The notes beneath the pieces are model-generated. The model saw nothing but the letters and a program-made list of their open reading frames with translations. It ran no database searches and was not told where the DNA came from. A program made the position numbers and the translations under genes. This document shows, piece after piece, positions 47,121-56,644 of a stretch of 64,000 nt of DNA. Source of the DNA: Candidatus Omnitrophota bacterium (GTDB lineage: Bacteria > Omnitrophota > Gorgyraeia > Gygaellales > Profunditerraquicolaceae); assembly GCA_043813255.1 (NCBI GenBank), contig JBDRLG010000126.1, positions 2,882 to 66,881 on the forward strand. The letters run 5' to 3'. The first letter of the stretch is position 1. Each line of letters begins with the position of its first letter.

Positions 47121-48672
47121 TTAATTTTCCCTACTAATTATTACTGGAGGAATAATACATTTATATATATTAACGCCATTAAATTGTTTCTGCTCTATAA
47201 GCTGGTAGAATGTAGTTATATACTCTTTTATGCCATTTGCAGTACCTTCATAAACTGCCCATCGGCTAAGAAAAATCCAAGCGCAGGTATTCTTTTTAAT
47301 GTTTTGAAGTTTTATTAATTGTTTTAATTGTTCAGTATTATTTATCCCCAATATCTTATTAGGCGCCTCATTATATTCAAAACCTCCCAGGATTAATTGT
47401 ACGCCTATTTTTTTATCAATATCCAACTTGCTTGTTTTTAAATATTTTAACCCATTTTTACCATAATATCCTAATAATCTGGCTTGTTTAGCTAAAGCGA
47501 TAATTATTATATCATCTTTTTTTTATATTTTCATTAATATAACCTATAGCTTCCTCCCAGTTTATTTTTAATTCTTTAGTGAAATAATAAATTAAAGAAT
47601 TAATAGTTAATAATAATATAGTGAAAATTACAATTTTTTTAAATTTTAATTTATTTATACCTGCCGCAATAATAATAAGGAATGGGGGTAACGCATAAAT
47701 AATATATCTAATAACATATATAGGAAAAAAAATAATTGAAATAAAGAAAGGGATGAAAATTGAGCTTAACCATAAAATAATCAATTTTAGATTATTTTTA
47801 TACTGGGGTTGTTTTAATAAGGATAAACCAAATAGAAACAATATTCCAAACACATAGACTAGATAATGGGGTATTAATAGAAACTTAGAATTTATTTGTA
47901 AATCATTACCCCCGTAATTTTCTGCACCATAACAAAAAGTCTTAAAAGTTTCTATTAGAGTGTTTAATCCAGGCCTTTTAATCCAATTGGTACTGGTTCT
48001 AATCCAAGGGTCATTAATTAATGCAAAAAATATTGGTATAGCCCAAAGCAGGAAGAATGATAACAGAATTAATTGTGATATTATCCAACGCCTATTTTTT
48101 TCTTGTTTATGTATGATAAAAAAGAAAATATTTTGTATAAATATGACTAATATCCCAAAAGAAAATGTATATAGTAATAAAATATTAATTAAAATAATAA
48201 GGAGATACTGTTTTATTCTATTTTCTTTAATTAGTTTTATAAATATAAGCATAGAACATAAAGATAAAAACAAGAAAAGACTGTAGTTTCTTATTTCTTG
48301 GGAATAGAATATATGAATAGGTGAGATGGATAGCAAAAAAGCGCTGATTAAGCCTATTTTTTGATTAAATAAGATTCTAGCGATTTTATATATTAAGAAG
48401 ATGGAACATATCCCAAAAATAGCTGATAAATATCTTAGTGCGGCTTCAGATAGCCCGAAGCACTTAATCCAGTATTTGAGCGCCCAAAAATAAAAAAAAG
48501 AATTATGAAATTTAGTAAATACTTCTATCGGGTTCCTCATCGCTAGATTAATAGAACCAGCTTCATCAAACCACAAACTTTCTTTATCTAAATTGTAAAT
48601 ACGCAGAATAGTGCCTAATAATAAAATAAAAAACAAACTAAAGAATATAGCTTTTGTATTTTTCATGCCCAT
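47121..48672 (-). pseudogene. GT39/ArnT-like GT-C glycosyltransferase interrupted by a frameshift in an A8 homopolymer
   Basis: The 386-aa ORF 47512-48672 carries LWFDEAGSINLAMRNPIEVF...SQEIRNYSL (first-loop DE motif, PMT_2-like) and ends NENIKKR-stop at 47512. If the A8 run at 47517-47524 were A7, the frame reads NENIKKDDIIIIALAKQARLLGYYGKNG... and continues directly into the downstream 101-aa ORF (47121-47426). That ORF therefore looks like the displaced C-terminal domain. Confidence 0.6.
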
Positions 48673-48674
48673 TA

Positions 48675-50339
48675 TTATATATGCCGCAAGATCATATAAG
48701 AACCAAATTTTTTCTCAATTTTATAGTTTGTTTTAATGAAATTATCAAAATCTAAAGCGCCGCTACTTTTACTGCTTGCATTTGGTTCATTTATTTCTTC
48801 TGCTCCTTCCCAGAGTATTACATAAGGTACGTAAATTTGTCTAAATTTATTAATTATTTCTCTTTGGACCTCGTTAGTATTTATTAGACCAGGATGTAAT
48901 TCGTGATATCTAATTGCGCAGTTTCTATCAGAAAAGAAATAAAAAATTATATCATTATAAACTATTTTGTCATGCCTTAAATTACCAACAAATATTTTAT
49001 CATTTGGTTTTGTGTTTTTTTGAATATATTGAATAACTTGATTTTGTGAATGAGAAAATTCAGAATTATCACAGTACATCCCTATAGCCCTGCTGTGCAT
49101 ACATATCGAATGATTTTTTATGGAGTATTTTGGAGGCAGATTATTAAATTTTATCATGCCAGGGAATATTAATAAAATAACTGTTAAAAAACAGGCTAAA
49201 TGAGCAGTAATCTTTTTTATGTTGTTTTTATCCGCGTCAAAGCTTCTTTTAAATAAGTTGTTTAATACTACAAAAAATAAAATTATAACTAAAGTTAGAG
49301 TAGATAAAAGATGTTCTATGTCTGCTCGCAGGCTAGAGTAAAAGAATAAATATAACAAAAATAGAGATAGAAACGATATTAGCCATAGATAAATATCTTT
49401 ATTTTTTCTTTTTAAATATATATATAAGTTAAAACCGGTTAAGAGAAAAATAAAAATAGGAAAATAAAAAATTAGATTATCTAATTGAAACTTTGGAAAA
49501 GGCAAATCTCTGACTTTAGGGTATATAAATATTGGAAAGAGCAGAGTATCTTTAATGAAATCATTAAAAGCTGAATTAAACATAAAATAAACTAAGAGAG
49601 GTAAAATAATAGATAAAAAGCCTAAAAACAGTAATATTTTTGTTTTAAAAATCTTAATAATTAATTTATTATTTGGTGTTATATTTTGACAATGATTTAA
49701 TTGTTGAAAAAAAATAGTAATAAATAATGAAATAAAACAAAAAAAACCAAAATCTTGCCTAAATAGGGTAATGATGCCGGATAATGTCCCGCAGATAAAC
49801 AGCCATAGTTTTCTATTAGAGGTTAAAAAGTTACAAAAGCTGATAGCGCATAAAATAAAAAATAATAAAGCTAACTGCGTAGGGCGGTTAAAAACTATAT
49901 AAAACCTTAAACAAATTAGAAGAAGTATAGATGTAAAAAAAGCGGGTATTCTTGAGTATAATTTTTTAATAAAAAAATATGCAGCGCATATTATTGAACT
50001 TAAGATTGTAATTGAAAATAATCTTTCTGTCTTTATGCTTATCCCGAATATTTTAAAAATCGCGGCAATTGTGTAAAATTCTGCCGGCCCATAAAGTGTC
50101 CAGAAGTCTTTATAAGGGATATCGCCATTTAATATTCGAAGAGCGCCATATGTAATTATTCCTTCATCATAAGGGTACGTTCTAAAATCAAGATATTGAT
50201 ATCCATATAAAAAACATATAAAAGATACAAAAAATAACAAAAAAATTATACTTTTATCAAAAAAGCAGTTTTTTTGCAGGAAAGTTGTTTTTGGTAAAAG
50301 ATCCCCCTTCTTTTTTATAATGAAATATTTAAAAATCAT
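48675..50339 (-). CDS. GT39/ArnT-like GT-C polytopic membrane glycosyltransferase
   Basis: 554 aa. The early periplasmic loop reads YPYDEGIITYGALRILNG...DFWTLYGPAEFY, with an acidic DE motif. About 12 TM helices are followed by a C-terminal soluble domain. Confidence 0.55.
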   Translation of the reverse strand: MIFKYFIIKKKGDLLPKTTFLQKNCFFDKSIIFLLFFVSFICFLYGYQYLDFRTYPYDEGIITYGALRILNGDIPYKDFWTLYGPAEFYTIAAIFKIFGISIKTERLFSITILSSIICAAYFFIKKLYSRIPAFFTSILLLICLRFYIVFNRPTQLALLFFILCAISFCNFLTSNRKLWLFICGTLSGIITLFRQDFGFFCFISLFITIFFQQLNHCQNITPNNKLIIKIFKTKILLFLGFLSIILPLLVYFMFNSAFNDFIKDTLLFPIFIYPKVRDLPFPKFQLDNLIFYFPIFIFLLTGFNLYIYLKRKNKDIYLWLISFLSLFLLYLFFYSSLRADIEHLLSTLTLVIILFFVVLNNLFKRSFDADKNNIKKITAHLACFLTVILLIFPGMIKFNNLPPKYSIKNHSICMHSRAIGMYCDNSEFSHSQNQVIQYIQKNTKPNDKIFVGNLRHDKIVYNDIIFYFFSDRNCAIRYHELHPGLINTNEVQREIINKFRQIYVPYVILWEGAEEINEPNASSKSSGALDFDNFIKTNYKIEKKFGSYMILRHI

Positions 50340-50364
50340 CTGGTTCTTTTAAGTTTTTCTTCTA

Positions 50365-51411
50365 CTACTTGGATATTTTTATTAAAAAAGAGTTTATAAA
50401 AAAAAGCCCTATGAATACAGGTATCATATACTCTATAAAAAAAATTAAAATGCCTAGACTTAAAAGTTCTTCTCGTGTTCCATAAGTATAAAAAAATAAA
50501 AGTATTGCTGATTCTCTGATGCCTATACCGGAAATACTTATTGGCAGATTCGATATTAAAATCACTAGTGGAATGAATAAAATAATTATATAAAAGTGAA
50601 TATTAAGCCCCAAACTTTTGCATAAAATATAACATATAAAAATTTCAGAAAATTGAAGAATAATAGAATATATCCATAAGAAAATAATTTTCTTATTTTC
50701 AAGGTTATTATATATCGATACGAATTTTAAAAAAGTGCCGCATAGTTTTTTGTTTATATTATTTAAAAAATATAAAATCTTATTTTGTGTTCCCCCCGAT
50801 TTTATAACTAAAAAAAATAGTAAAATAAATATACTACTAATAAAAAGGGCATAGAAGATATAGCTAAACTCTCGCAATAAACCAGAGTTCTTAAATAAAA
50901 AATAAAAGATTGATCCTATAGAAATAAAAGTTAATAATGCTAATATATTTAATATAAGGCCAAATATTACCGCATTAATGCCAAATAAAAAGGAAAAATT
51001 TTTATATTTTTTCAAATAGATAATTTGGCTGAATAAATTTATTTTAGATGAAGGCAGAATTTTTAACGGGGTGCTCCCCATTTTCATTAAAAATACTTCT
51101 TTAAAGGATATATCGCAATTTAACGCGTTTAATATGCGTTTAATTCTTTCTGTGGCTATTATCATATTAGTAACCATGGATAGAATTATTGCTGCAACTA
51201 CTAGTCTTAAATCTATTTGCTGTATATTTTTCCCAAGTTTAAAGATATTTACGTTTGAAAATAATAAAATGATTATAAAACATGTAATCATTAAAGAAAA
51301 AATATTCTTTAAAAAAACGATATTTTTTTTAAAGAATAAATACGGATTTGCCTTTCGAGGATTATCTGAATTGTTGTTGACAGGGATAATTATCTTATTT
51401 GTGGTTTCCAT
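50365..51411 (-). CDS. Flippase-like / lysylphosphatidylglycerol-synthase-TM-domain family membrane protein (UPF0104)
   Basis: 348 aa, polytopic. The C-terminal ISGIGIRESAIL matches the conserved GxGxRE motif of this family. Such proteins often partner polyprenyl-P-sugar GT2 enzymes. Confidence 0.55.
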   Translation of the reverse strand: METTNKIIIPVNNNSDNPRKANPYLFFKKNIVFLKNIFSLMITCFIIILLFSNVNIFKLGKNIQQIDLRLVVAAIILSMVTNMIIATERIKRILNALNCDISFKEVFLMKMGSTPLKILPSSKINLFSQIIYLKKYKNFSFLFGINAVIFGLILNILALLTFISIGSIFYFLFKNSGLLREFSYIFYALFISSIFILLFFLVIKSGGTQNKILYFLNNINKKLCGTFLKFVSIYNNLENKKIIFLWIYSIILQFSEIFICYILCKSLGLNIHFYIIILFIPLVILISNLPISISGIGIRESAILLFFYTYGTREELLSLGILIFFIEYMIPVFIGLFFINSFLIKISK

Positions 51412-51529
51412 TGTAGTTTTTAATAGATCTTGTATCAGGGTTTAAAATAAAATAAAAACAGATGTTATAAATAAAATATTAATTGTCATGATTTGTTTGA
51501 ATTGATAATTTTTTAAATTGGTTATCATT

Positions 51530-52414
51530 CTAGTTAGATATTATTTTATTTTTTATTATCTTAGAGGATAATTTTGCTATTTCATAATAGGCTTTTACGC
51601 AATACTTAGTGTTTGTTAAAAGCATAAATAAATTTCTCCATAAATCATAAACGAAAAAAGCAATAAATAAATTAAACAATCCTGAAAAAGATTCATTTTT
51701 TAACAGCATTAGATATCTGTTTTTCATATTCAGGTATTGCGAGAACCTATCTTTTTTTTGAGATATACCTCTATTGTGCAAACATGCAGCTGCCGGAAAA
51801 TATAAGGTCCGCCATTTCTTTTTCTTCAGCCTCCAGCTTAAATCCACGTCTTCAACTAAACAAAAAAAGTCCTGATCAAAATATTGTTCATTTTGTTTTA
51901 TAGAATCTAGCGCTTGTTTTCTATATAGGGCCGCGGCCGCGCAGGCGCCAAATATATACCGGCACCTGTTAAATTTATCCTGGTTTTGTTTACCCGCGCC
52001 TATGTCATAAAATCTCCTTAAGAAAGAAAGATGTATGCCTGCTGTATCAATCTTATCACCGGATATATTCAATACTTTAGGCTGTATAGCCCCTATTTTA
52101 TCATTTAAAGTAATGGCTTGCCTTATTTGGGCTAAAAAACCCTTAGTTAACGTTATATCGTGATTTAAACATAAAATATAGCTGCCTTTTGCTTTGTTAA
52201 TGCCTTGGTTATATGCTTTGCTAAAACCAGAATTTGTTTCATTCTCTATTAGAGCAATCCCGTGGTAATCTCGTAGAATTTCCTTGGTATTATCTTTGGA
52301 GTTATTATCTACAATTATAATCTCATAGTTTTTGAAATCTTGAGAAAAGATTGATTCTAAACATTCTTTAATAAAATTTCCGGAATTGTATGTTGTTATA
52401 ACTATAGAAATCAT
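51530..52414 (-). CDS. GT2 glycosyltransferase
   Basis: 294 aa. Contains ISIVITTYNSGNFIKECLESIFSQDF...IIIVDNNSKDNT and a DXD region. Confidence 0.8.
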   Translation of the reverse strand: MISIVITTYNSGNFIKECLESIFSQDFKNYEIIIVDNNSKDNTKEILRDYHGIALIENETNSGFSKAYNQGINKAKGSYILCLNHDITLTKGFLAQIRQAITLNDKIGAIQPKVLNISGDKIDTAGIHLSFLRRFYDIGAGKQNQDKFNRCRYIFGACAAAALYRKQALDSIKQNEQYFDQDFFCLVEDVDLSWRLKKKKWRTLYFPAAACLHNRGISQKKDRFSQYLNMKNRYLMLLKNESFSGLFNLFIAFFVYDLWRNLFMLLTNTKYCVKAYYEIAKLSSKIIKNKIISN

Positions 52415-52606
52415 AATATATTAAGAAAAATTGCTACAAAGATTGTATATCTTTATTTTTGTAATAAATTGTGTCTGATTTTATCCGCGTATTAATTTAT
52501 ATACCGTTGTAATATTTTGTAAAGATAATTGACCACTACAAGATACCTTTTTGTACTAAGATGCTAACAATCAAATCAAGAAGGGTCATTTAAACGATAT
52601 ATGAAA

Positions 52607-52711
52607 AAATTTAAAATTTAACAAAGTACCTAACTAAAGCATTAATAAAATAATAGACGGATATATTTCATGTTTGAATTACGACAGTACTTTGTTAAAT
52701 TTTAAATTTGA
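52607..52711. repeat. Perfect 20-bp inverted repeat pair flanking a 58-bp spacer in an intergenic region
   Basis: TTTAAAATTTAACAAAGTAC at ~52609-52628 and its exact reverse complement GTACTTTGTTAAATTTTAAA at ~52689-52708. It lies in the 340-bp gap between the GT2 gene and the 3' end of the 1296-aa GT gene. Confidence 0.6.
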
Positions 52712-52753
52712 TTTATTCCGTAAGATTTTTCCAAATACTGTTATTGGCGAAAT

Positions 52754-55700
52754 TTATCTATTGTATATTTGTTCAATTCTATTCTTCATTTCATTGCCAA
52801 TTTTACTAAAATTAAGATTTTTTTTAATATCCGAAGCAGCAATATTTCCCATTGCTTCAGCTTTGGCTTTATTTTCATAAACATACCGCATCAATTCCGT
52901 AGCATGTTCAATACTTGGCTCTGCCCAAATATTTCCTTTGGTGTAAGGGCCTGAGTTTTTTTGAATTTCTTTAATTTTATAATTTACTAAGTAGCTGTTA
53001 TTAGAATTCATAAAATCAAGATTTCCTGAATAGTTAGTTGCTATAACCGGCTTGCCTAAATACATCGCTTCCGCCATTGTCAGGCCAAATCCTTCAGAGC
53101 GATGCAAAGACACATACGCATTGCAATGTAAAAGCAAAGCATTGATTTCATCTCTATAAAGATATTTATCAAGTATGCTTATCTTCATCATCTCAGATTC
53201 TTTTTTCATTTTTCTGAATGAATGTGGGGCAAAAGCAGAATTGGAACATTTAATCACTAGGCGAATATTGTCATTAGCGGAAAAGGCCTGTTTAAATGCC
53301 TTGATAATCGCCAAGGGGTTTTTTCTTTCAAAATAACTAAAGAAATCAAACATAAATAAGAAAATAAACTCATTTTCCTGCAAAGAAAAATACTCTCTTT
53401 TTACTTGTTTTATTGTTTTGATTTCCACGGCATGAGGAATTACTTTTACAGGAATAGGCGATTTCATGGATATTGCCTTATAAGCAAATTTACTGGGAGT
53501 CCATATTTCATCGCAATAAGAAAAACTTTTTTCCCATTTATCCGGAAAATTATTCAGTTCCCACACCCAATATCCAATATTGTATTTATTGTTAAAATAA
53601 CTGGTCCCTTTTTCCGTTACAAGTTTACTAAACATATCCGCGTTTATGTGAATAAGGTTAATGGGATAAGGATTGATTTTAGATAATTTTGAGACAAAGA
53701 AAAAATCACTCTGGCGGCTGGGGGAATGATTATCGATATTAATAATGGCTAAATTTGTGCCTACTGCCTCAAAACATTTTGCACTTGCTCGAGCACCTTC
53801 ACCTATTCCTAACTCAGTTGTTAGGTAACCGATAAGATTTATTCCATTTGGTTTATTAAACTTTTTATTTCGGGATTCGGATTTTTTTGATGAAACGCGG
53901 CTAAAAATTTCCAGCTTTTTATATAAATTCAACTCTATAATTTTTAGATTATTGATTCTCCATGAATTATTACGAAGAATAGCTTTAAGTATTTTTTTTA
54001 AAACTTCTCTAGTTTTATGGAAAAAGCTTATTTTTAAGATCGACAGATAACCATTATTATACATATTTGTGAAAGGATAAAATTTATTGATAAACGATTC
54101 ATCCAGTTTATATTCATTAATAGCATTTGATAAAAACCATCCCACAAATTTTTTTCGATCAACCCCAAATAAATTTGGATAAACAATCTGTAGATCGCTT
54201 CTTTTTTTGTATATCGCATACATAAACCTATTAAGGGTTGGTTTTTGATTATCCAGCCGCTCATTAAGCCAGTTAAAAAAACTTCTCCCTTCCGTTTTAA
54301 ACGGATTTGTAAATTTTTCGTTTTCATCATATAAATTCCAATACAGCCTTCTAATGAAATCTGGTATTTGTACACCGTTGTCAAAATAATTAAGAACACA
54401 AGGCCAATTCTTAGTTTCATCATAATTATGTGTTTTAAGCTTATTCCGATATAATTCAAAAACGCCAATCATATATTCTAAATCAACCAAAGTGAATCTA
54501 TCTTGATGTTTAGATATAACTTTCAAATCATCAGGGTTAAATCCACTAAAGTGCATAAATTTAACCTGAATACCGTCGACAGATAGATTTTCTTCGTTTA
54601 TTAAGACCTTGCGATAATGAAAATTCCAATATGCGATATTATAAGTTTTATCCCTAAGAATATGTACGCCTTCGAAAAATCCGGGAACCAGATCAATCCA
54701 TTTCTGGTCTACAAATAGCCCTTTTTCAACATCTGAAATACAATAACGTTTGAGGCGTTCTTTCCACCAAGAAAGAAGAGTTCTTGTAGTTTGATTATTT
54801 GCAAGAGCAATAAACCCTAAATTATATACACCGCTTTTTAATATTTCGATTTCTGATGGTCTTCGGGTATCTTGATAAGGCTGAGTTATATGCGGGATAA
54901 GAATAATAGAATATTTTCCTAATAAGTTTGATAATTCATTAAGATTACTAGTTATAAGTATATCCGGATCAAGAAAAATAATATCTTTTGGTTTATAGAT
55001 ATCAAAAATAAATTCTAAGAAGAAAGGTTTAACTGCTGTATTTAACTCAGTAGGATTATATTGGAAACAAAATTTATCAAACGCTGGTATTCTTTTTTTA
55101 ATTGTTTCTAATTCTATCAGAATAAATTTTTCCTTTGTAGGATCAAAATAATCGTCAATCCTGTCGGTTAAGAGAACGAAAACCCGTCCTTGATTATGTT
55201 TTAGGAATGATTCTGTAAGTACCCGTGCGTAACTTAAATAGTTTTTAGAGATAATAGTACAAATAGTTAAATAACTGTTTGAGGTATCCTCTTTCTTTAT
55301 TTCTGGTAAAGTTAATGATGCCTTATTGATTGGTTGGTGGATAAACCCCTGAATCTGTTTTATTTTCCAGAGAATTGACCATAGCGGACGCACTAAAAAT
55401 CTAAAAGCTGTAGAATTATAATAATCATTTATTTCGTGATTTTTTTTAGTTAACTCAATATTTAAATTAGCAATTTGCTCAGATAAAGTTTTAAAAAGAT
55501 TGTCTGCATAATCGTTTTTTTCTTTTAAAGCTAAGTCCCTTCTAGTAATTTCTTGATTAAGATTGTCTGCATAATCGTCTTTTTCTTTTAAAGCTAAGTC
55601 CCTTCTGGTAATTTCTTGATTAAGATTGATAAGATGTGTATCTTTAGATTTTATTATGAAATTTAGGGATCCAATTGTTTTTAATAATTCCGGTATCTTT

Positions 55701-56644
55701 TCTATTGAAATACTGTTTTCATGATTTTCAATTTTTTTTACCTCTTTAAATAGATCCCCCAAAACATCTTTAACAATATTAATTTTATGATGTTTTATTA
55801 ATTTGAGTACCAAATCAACTAATAGGGGGTATATATTTCTTTGCGCCTTAAAATTCCCTTGAGTAGTAAAATAACCATTCTCCAATAAAGCTTCGCATAT
55901 TTTTTTAGGATAATATTTAACGATTAGCAATAAACGATTTTTTTCCGTATAGAATAGGGGTAAATCTTCTTTAGTCGTACCATGATGAATATGATAGACG
56001 AAACTTTTAGGAGCACAAAAGAGTTTCCATCCTTTTCTTACCATTCTCAGAGAAATATCCACATCTTCCATATACATATTAAAATCTTCATCAAAATATC
56101 CAACGTTTTCCATAGCACTTTTTCGATAAAGAACTGCACAGCCACAAAGGCTTGTAACTTCTTTAGGATTATTAAGTGGGTTAGTATTGTCAAATGTTTG
56201 ATCAACCCAGTAAAAATTAGATAATTCTTGATGCCCCAAGCTCTCTATGGAGCCATCCATAAATAAAATTCTGCTTCCTACAGCTCCAATGGTAGAATCT
56301 ATCTGTAAACATTTCAGAAGATAAATAAGCCATTTTTTATCAACCTTGACATCATTATTAAGTAAAGCGACATACTTACCCTTTGTGGCCTTTATTCCCA
56401 GATTATTAGCTCTACAATAATTGTTAACATCATTTTTTAAAATTTTAACTTTGGAGAATTTATCTCTTACATACTCTATCGAACCATCGTCTGAACCGTT
56501 ATCGACCATAATTATTTCTATCTTGTCTTGTGGATAATCAAGTATTAATAAAGAATCAAAGCAACCTTTTAATAAATGTTTGCCATTATAGTTAACAATA
56601 ATTATGCTTACTAGAGGCAATTCTTTTGTCATTTTATCTCCCAT
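52754..56644 (-). CDS. Multidomain glycosyltransferase (GT2 - coiled coil - GT-A-like - GT4), WbbB/WbdA-like polymerase candidate
   Basis: 1296 aa. The N-terminal GT2 domain reads LVSIIIVNYNGKHLL...IIMVDNGSDDGS...LNNDV. A coiled-coil linker contains repeated NLNQEITRRDLALKEK(D/N)DYAD units. A central nucleotide-sugar-transferase-like domain reads TICTIISKNYLSYARVL...FLDPDI. The C-terminal GT4 domain has EGFGLTMAEAMYLGKPVIATNYSGNLDF. The alternative start MTKELPL at 56632 avoids overlap with the Wzt gene. Confidence 0.75.
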   Translation of the reverse strand: MGDKMTKELPLVSIIIVNYNGKHLLKGCFDSLLILDYPQDKIEIIMVDNGSDDGSIEYVRDKFSKVKILKNDVNNYCRANNLGIKATKGKYVALLNNDVKVDKKWLIYLLKCLQIDSTIGAVGSRILFMDGSIESLGHQELSNFYWVDQTFDNTNPLNNPKEVTSLCGCAVLYRKSAMENVGYFDEDFNMYMEDVDISLRMVRKGWKLFCAPKSFVYHIHHGTTKEDLPLFYTEKNRLLLIVKYYPKKICEALLENGYFTTQGNFKAQRNIYPLLVDLVLKLIKHHKINIVKDVLGDLFKEVKKIENHENSISIEKIPELLKTIGSLNFIIKSKDTHLINLNQEITRRDLALKEKDDYADNLNQEITRRDLALKEKNDYADNLFKTLSEQIANLNIELTKKNHEINDYYNSTAFRFLVRPLWSILWKIKQIQGFIHQPINKASLTLPEIKKEDTSNSYLTICTIISKNYLSYARVLTESFLKHNQGRVFVLLTDRIDDYFDPTKEKFILIELETIKKRIPAFDKFCFQYNPTELNTAVKPFFLEFIFDIYKPKDIIFLDPDILITSNLNELSNLLGKYSIILIPHITQPYQDTRRPSEIEILKSGVYNLGFIALANNQTTRTLLSWWKERLKRYCISDVEKGLFVDQKWIDLVPGFFEGVHILRDKTYNIAYWNFHYRKVLINEENLSVDGIQVKFMHFSGFNPDDLKVISKHQDRFTLVDLEYMIGVFELYRNKLKTHNYDETKNWPCVLNYFDNGVQIPDFIRRLYWNLYDENEKFTNPFKTEGRSFFNWLNERLDNQKPTLNRFMYAIYKKRSDLQIVYPNLFGVDRKKFVGWFLSNAINEYKLDESFINKFYPFTNMYNNGYLSILKISFFHKTREVLKKILKAILRNNSWRINNLKIIELNLYKKLEIFSRVSSKKSESRNKKFNKPNGINLIGYLTTELGIGEGARASAKCFEAVGTNLAIINIDNHSPSRQSDFFFVSKLSKINPYPINLIHINADMFSKLVTEKGTSYFNNKYNIGYWVWELNNFPDKWEKSFSYCDEIWTPSKFAYKAISMKSPIPVKVIPHAVEIKTIKQVKREYFSLQENEFIFLFMFDFFSYFERKNPLAIIKAFKQAFSANDNIRLVIKCSNSAFAPHSFRKMKKESEMMKISILDKYLYRDEINALLLHCNAYVSLHRSEGFGLTMAEAMYLGKPVIATNYSGNLDFMNSNNSYLVNYKIKEIQKNSGPYTKGNIWAEPSIEHATELMRYVYENKAKAEAMGNIAASDIKKNLNFSKIGNEMKNRIEQIYNR
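55496..55621. repeat. Direct tandem duplication, 2 x 63 bp (2 mismatches), inside the coiled-coil coding region of the 1296-aa glycosyltransferase
   Basis: The unit AAGATTGTCTGCATAATCGT(T/C)TTTTTCTTTTAAAGCTAAGTCCCTTCT(A/G)GTAATTTCTTGATT is repeated head-to-tail. A third partial copy starts at 55622. It encodes two 21-aa units NLNQEITRRDLALKEK(D/N)DYAD. Confidence 0.9.

Noticed and set aside
47115-47318. 67-aa plus-strand ORF in the region downstream of the frameshifted GT39 gene
   Set aside because: It is antisense to the displaced C-terminal domain of the GT39 pseudogene, and the minus-strand reading is the meaningful one.
52415-52753. Possible mobile element or insertion sequence in the 340-bp gap
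   Set aside because: There is no transposase ORF and no target-site duplication. Only a single inverted-repeat pair is present, recorded as a repeat or possible regulatory hairpin.
55496-55621. Tandem direct repeats considered as a possible CRISPR array or VNTR
   Set aside because: There are only two-and-a-bit units with no spacers. They lie in-frame inside a CDS and encode a repeated coiled-coil peptide.
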